Assembly: GCA_963664875.1 (NCBI GenBank)
Contig: OY761611.1
Span: 640,001-704,000 of the forward strand
Origin: Candidatus Kapaibacterium sp.
GTDB lineage: Bacteria; Bacteroidota; Ignavibacteria; Kapaibacteriales; UBA2268
Direction: 5' to 3'
DNA length: 64,000 nt
The number at the start of each line of letters is the position of its first letter. The first letter of the stretch is position 1. A program made the translations under genes and the position numbers. A model generated the notes under the pieces. That model was not told the origin of the DNA. It made no database searches and worked only from the letters and a program-made list of their open reading frames with translations. This document shows positions 61,101 through 64,000 of the stretch, piece after piece.

Positions 61101-62555
61101 AACTTTGAAAAGCAAACCGGAGAACATTCTTTATTGGTAATTGAACCGAATTACATTCAAGATAACTTTAAATTAAATTCTTCTATGTTTATTGGTGTTT
61201 TTTACGTTAATGACACCTCGCTTAGCTGTGCTGGATTTGCTAAATACAATCCTGATAAAAGCATCGCGATTCCGATTTGGGGAGATAATTATATTACTTC
61301 TATGATAAAAGAAGGGTTCAATCAGAATGAACTTATAAGATTCAAAGTTTGGGACGGAATAAAAGGGCAAGAAGATTTCGTTATTGTTGAATTTGAAAAT
61401 CAGGATAATGTTTTCTTTCCGGATAAAATATATCAGGGAGAAACAGTAAATCAACCTGCAGAACTGCATATAGTAGGTAAAAAAAATCAAGTCCAATTTG
61501 TATCTACTAATATCGAACTTTGTGATCCTTTTGTATATAACTTGCCTGTTCAATCATTATTTCATGCAGATGGAACCAATACGAATAAGTCTTCGCTACT
61601 GAATCCGTTAGAACCATTTATTTATTTCTCAAAAAATGCAGAATTTAACACATTATTCGGACAAAACCTGAATCCTCTTAATTATAAAATACATATAAAT
61701 TCCGGCTGGAATCTTATCCCCTATTTGAAAGAGGATACTTCGTCAGTTGAGTCTGCTTTTGATTTCTATTCTGACAAAATCATTTGCGTAATTAGCGATG
61801 AAGGCAAGGCATGGATTCCGCAATTCGGGGTACATACTCTAAATTATTTAACCCCGGGGAAAGCGTATTTAGTAAATTCATTTGATAAATTTGATTTGTA
61901 TTATAATTCGACAATCGATAAAAATTATTCTCAAACCGACTTAGTAACTAATATCAAATATCTGCCTGAGTTTACTCATACTGGCAACTTTATGACATTG
62001 CTGATTGAATGTCCAAATGCATCTGAGCTTTCAGAAGTTGCAATTTTAGAAAACAATTCTGTTGTTGGGAGCGGTGTCTTTCAAAACGGATTCGCTATTG
62101 TTACTGTTTGGGGTGATAACATATTTACAGTTGAAACTGACGGTGCAACAGAAGATGCTAATCTAAAACTTGAGATATTTGACTCAGAAGCTCAGGAAAA
62201 TAAAACTATCCTATTGACAGGAATTTTAGACATTCTGAACTCAGAAAATGTTATGACAGATTTATTATATTCTAAAAATCACATCCTAAAAGTAAATCTG
62301 ATATATGATGATACATCTGTGAAAGATAATGATAAAGACTCACATGTTTATACTATAACAGAAGGTAAAATACACAGCAATCTTCCAATAGACAATTTTA
62401 CTGTTTATAATGTATTAGGACAGGTAATCGACAGTCAGCATACGACTTTAGAATCCTATATAGACTTAAGTAAATATCAGCAATATATTAGCTTTATTGT
62501 CTTTGAAATTGAAGGCACTACTTACAAAGAAAAAATTATTATAAATAAATACTAA
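58125..62555 (+). CDS. Large secreted surface protein (beta-helix, FN3, FG-GAP repeats, T9SS-like CTD)
   Basis: Signal peptide; NWGSI/NWGGI beta-helix elements; YFWRAKS and YYIKVKS FN3; DYDSDGDLD and DYNNDGLSD repeats; VYNVLGQ..KIII C-terminus. Confidence 0.78.
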   Translation: MKYIIYIILLFVLVMEMTGTPLSGVISKNMTLKKTDSPFEITSDLVISKNSNVTIEKGVRLVINPSINITVLGSLTALGSESENITFTSSSSQNWGSIIFYAASDQDTSRLEHVSFQNGGSAYHPPLMLKTEIVPIVSNINFTNCSFDGMELAPFDFVNMKLDNTEIKHLILNDYIIPSASVLKIEQGVEIAIANNIDIVCKGSIIASGSFSKPITFTKLDVANWGGISIESALLEQSVFSFCNLSYFGNSQYSSYGGITIVKGSASIEYSSFHDFNRYAVIIKKDGLADIGSGFAGSKGYNIFGEPKTNGSIIVSNYSASNISARYNCWGTNLSTEIDKKIFDQKDNATVGIVDYSNYLDDCTISAPDTPVLEFPLNYSSDMPTNLKCSWFNVQSSDIYHFQISDDSTFSNIVSFKDNLVDTFAFARNLKNGKRYFWRAKSVNFAGESNWSNHYSFKTFDTTKPEPPQIIYPKNGGTNIPTLTSVSWTKIENADNYILAYSKYSDFSNPEYDTTTNNSKEVSLKFDTKYYIKVKSGNSNGWSAWSLENSFTTAPLFSFEKINLPISDAPIQIVPCSINKDALQDMAVRTANKFYLLLRNSNGFAVGFQADISDSDFDFADYDSDGDLDFVYISTSKKATLVNNQPVAFEQIETGIEADADFVVFYDFNNDLYQDIIVFEIKQLSNVRLFTNIISGFVPASNILLNSKIDKIYRDDYNNDGLSDLLLLDNAKANIVNITDSKIEEYSSFNFLTKPHKIICRDIDQDSFKDIISIEFDGNISCIYNYSYSNDFQRMSLDKKIGIKDFDLIDLSNNGFYDFIFTYTDSIAIKEYVNNSFFDYYVLTEKNDINYASHIKYDNRNNDFIISSKNEYFVCINNTDRINQVPNPPNQLDFRFTSDNKIELIWKGATDLESFALGYEIFVSNQTDTITFAASNYDAYYSKSNKFTLDNIKSGSYKWRVKTHDNTFLYSQLSEESSFITPDLVLLPPSSWNFEKQTGEHSLLVIEPNYIQDNFKLNSSMFIGVFYVNDTSLSCAGFAKYNPDKSIAIPIWGDNYITSMIKEGFNQNELIRFKVWDGIKGQEDFVIVEFENQDNVFFPDKIYQGETVNQPAELHIVGKKNQVQFVSTNIELCDPFVYNLPVQSLFHADGTNTNKSSLLNPLEPFIYFSKNAEFNTLFGQNLNPLNYKIHINSGWNLIPYLKEDTSSVESAFDFYSDKIICVISDEGKAWIPQFGVHTLNYLTPGKAYLVNSFDKFDLYYNSTIDKNYSQTDLVTNIKYLPEFTHTGNFMTLLIECPNASELSEVAILENNSVVGSGVFQNGFAIVTVWGDNIFTVETDGATEDANLKLEIFDSEAQENKTILLTGILDILNSENVMTDLLYSKNHILKVNLIYDDTSVKDNDKDSHVYTITEGKIHSNLPIDNFTVYNVLGQVIDSQHTTLESYIDLSKYQQYISFIVFEIEGTTYKEKIIINKY

Positions 62556-62564
62556 GAGACGGCG

Positions 62565-64000
62565 ATGAAAAAAATAGTTGCTTCTTTCTTGATTTCCATT
62601 TTAATGCCCTTAGCGGCTATGGCGGGCTGGATAGATATGAATATCGGTACCAATACCATATATTCTGTCCAAGTGCTTCCGGGTAACCAAATTGGATTTG
62701 CTACAACCCTAAACGGTTATTATTACACAACTGATTATGGTGCAAATTGGCAGTTTACCCAAGTAGGTAATCCCAATACTACATATAAGTCAGTATTTTT
62801 CATTAATTCAGATTTGGGTTTTATTGTCGGAAGTAGTGGAAAGATTTATAAGACAATAAACGGTGGTGCTTCATGGAGCAATATTTCTCCAAATAATTTC
62901 AACAGCTATGAATGTATTAAATTTTATAATAATACTCACGGAATTCTTGTAGGCACGAGTGGGACTATTTTCAATACAACAGATGCAGGCAACAGCTGGC
63001 AAAACTCAGTAAGTCCAACTTCACAATGGCTAAAATCAGTTGCTTACTCTACAGATTCTAAAATATTTATTGTAGGTAATTCAGGAATTTTATTAAAATC
63101 TACCAATAGTGGAAACACTTGGACATCGATAAATTCCGGTACAACTGATAACTTGAATTCTATCCACTTCCCGAGTCAAAATGTTGCATACACTTGTGGT
63201 TGGAATGGAACTATTCTAAAAACTACTGATGGTGGCGACACTTGGTCAGCATTGCCAAAATTTACCAATGCTACATTGAAGTCGATTTATTTTACTTCGG
63301 ACTTGACAGGTGTTGCTGTTGGTGACAATGGTACAGTAATTTCAACAACTGATGGTGGAAATACTTGGAAGTCATTGAACTCAGGAGAAACAGATAATCT
63401 AACTTCCGTATTCTTTAGCTCTGCAACTAACGGATTTATTGTCGGCGAAAATGGTGCAGCTATAAAAACGGAAGACAATGGTTTGAACTCAGAGATGCAA
63501 CTTACTCTTACTTCTCACAATGACGGAAGCACAATCACATCTGATGCAACATCTAATATATCATGGTCAGGCATAAATATGGCAAATCAAAACATAGATT
63601 TGTTTTATTCTACGGATAATGGTACATCATGGATAAAAATCGCAACAACAGATTTTAATGATTCACCATATGCTTGGGATGTCCCTGATTTGGCAAGTAA
63701 TCAGATGCGTATAAAAATTCAACATTCCAAACATTTTGGTTTGAAAGATGTGTCAGATAATGCCTTTGAAGTTACAACAAACAAAATAAATATCACTTCA
63801 CCGGTTGCCGGAGAAAGATTTCAAATTGGTAAACCTCTGACTATAACTTGGAATAGCTACGATATTTCAAACATGAATTTAGAATATACAGTTGATGGTA
63901 TCACATGGACTTCTATCGCAAGTAATATTCCTGCCAATAGTGGTTTATACATTTGGAACAGTCCTTCTGAGATATCAGGCAACTACAAAATTAGAGCAAC
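62565..64000 (+). CDS. Secreted YCF48/BNR (Asp-box) beta-propeller protein (partial, runs off window end)
   Basis: Read manually: MKKIVASFLISILMPLAAMAGW..., with repeated TTDYGANW, TINGGASW, TTDAGNSW, TTDGGDTW, STDNGTSW Asp-boxes. Confidence 0.85.
   Translation, partial: MKKIVASFLISILMPLAAMAGWIDMNIGTNTIYSVQVLPGNQIGFATTLNGYYYTTDYGANWQFTQVGNPNTTYKSVFFINSDLGFIVGSSGKIYKTINGGASWSNISPNNFNSYECIKFYNNTHGILVGTSGTIFNTTDAGNSWQNSVSPTSQWLKSVAYSTDSKIFIVGNSGILLKSTNSGNTWTSINSGTTDNLNSIHFPSQNVAYTCGWNGTILKTTDGGDTWSALPKFTNATLKSIYFTSDLTGVAVGDNGTVISTTDGGNTWKSLNSGETDNLTSVFFSSATNGFIVGENGAAIKTEDNGLNSEMQLTLTSHNDGSTITSDATSNISWSGINMANQNIDLFYSTDNGTSWIKIATTDFNDSPYAWDVPDLASNQMRIKIQHSKHFGLKDVSDNAFEVTTNKINITSPVAGERFQIGKPLTITWNSYDISNMNLEYTVDGITWTSIASNIPANSGLYIWNSPSEISGNYKIRA

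Noticed and set aside
63287-63478. 63-aa minus-strand ORF
   Set aside because: Antisense to the partial YCF48/BNR gene starting at 62565.

Overview
AT-rich (roughly one-third GC by eye) bacterial chromosomal window, mostly core genes. Gene content suggests the Bacteroidota-Chlorobiota-Ignavibacteria/Kapabacteria group (inference): T9SS-type C-terminal domains, a PorE-like lipoprotein and TAnnTTTG promoter boxes. In order: gyrB (partial)-dciA/DUF721-recF-dnaN with no adjacent dnaA; psd-pssA; purS-purQ; tatA-tatB; GatA-like amidase; alr; PD40/OmpA lipoprotein; acyl-adenylation/ACP/acyltransferase fusion; pabC-pabB/pabA; GNAT; a frameshifted giant poly-HAMP chemoreceptor; a UbiA-DprE1-DprE2-HAD (polyprenyl-phospho-arabinose-type) operon; mnmA; pspA-ybjN; ybaB-recR plus two lipoproteins; a kinase; hisS; a large T9SS cargo; a zincin-propeller-Omp85 fusion; ispG; rhomboid; pgk-gap-pgk2; gcvPA; ftsB; ROK; ridA; tRNA-Pro(CGG); a three-kinase cassette; two large secreted proteins. 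No CRISPR array, rRNA, transposase or integrase was seen. Best leads: (1) a REC-kinase whose phospho-accepting His is replaced by Tyr (SYEYRNPL, as in Caulobacter DivL), inside a kinase-only cassette; (2) two differently diverged PGK paralogs flanking gap; (3) a metallopeptidase-propeller-Omp85 fusion; (4) a mycobacterial-type arabinose donor pathway; (5) pabB and pabA head-to-head 1 bp apart; (6) a structured leader upstream of alr. All calls are by eye; no searches were run.
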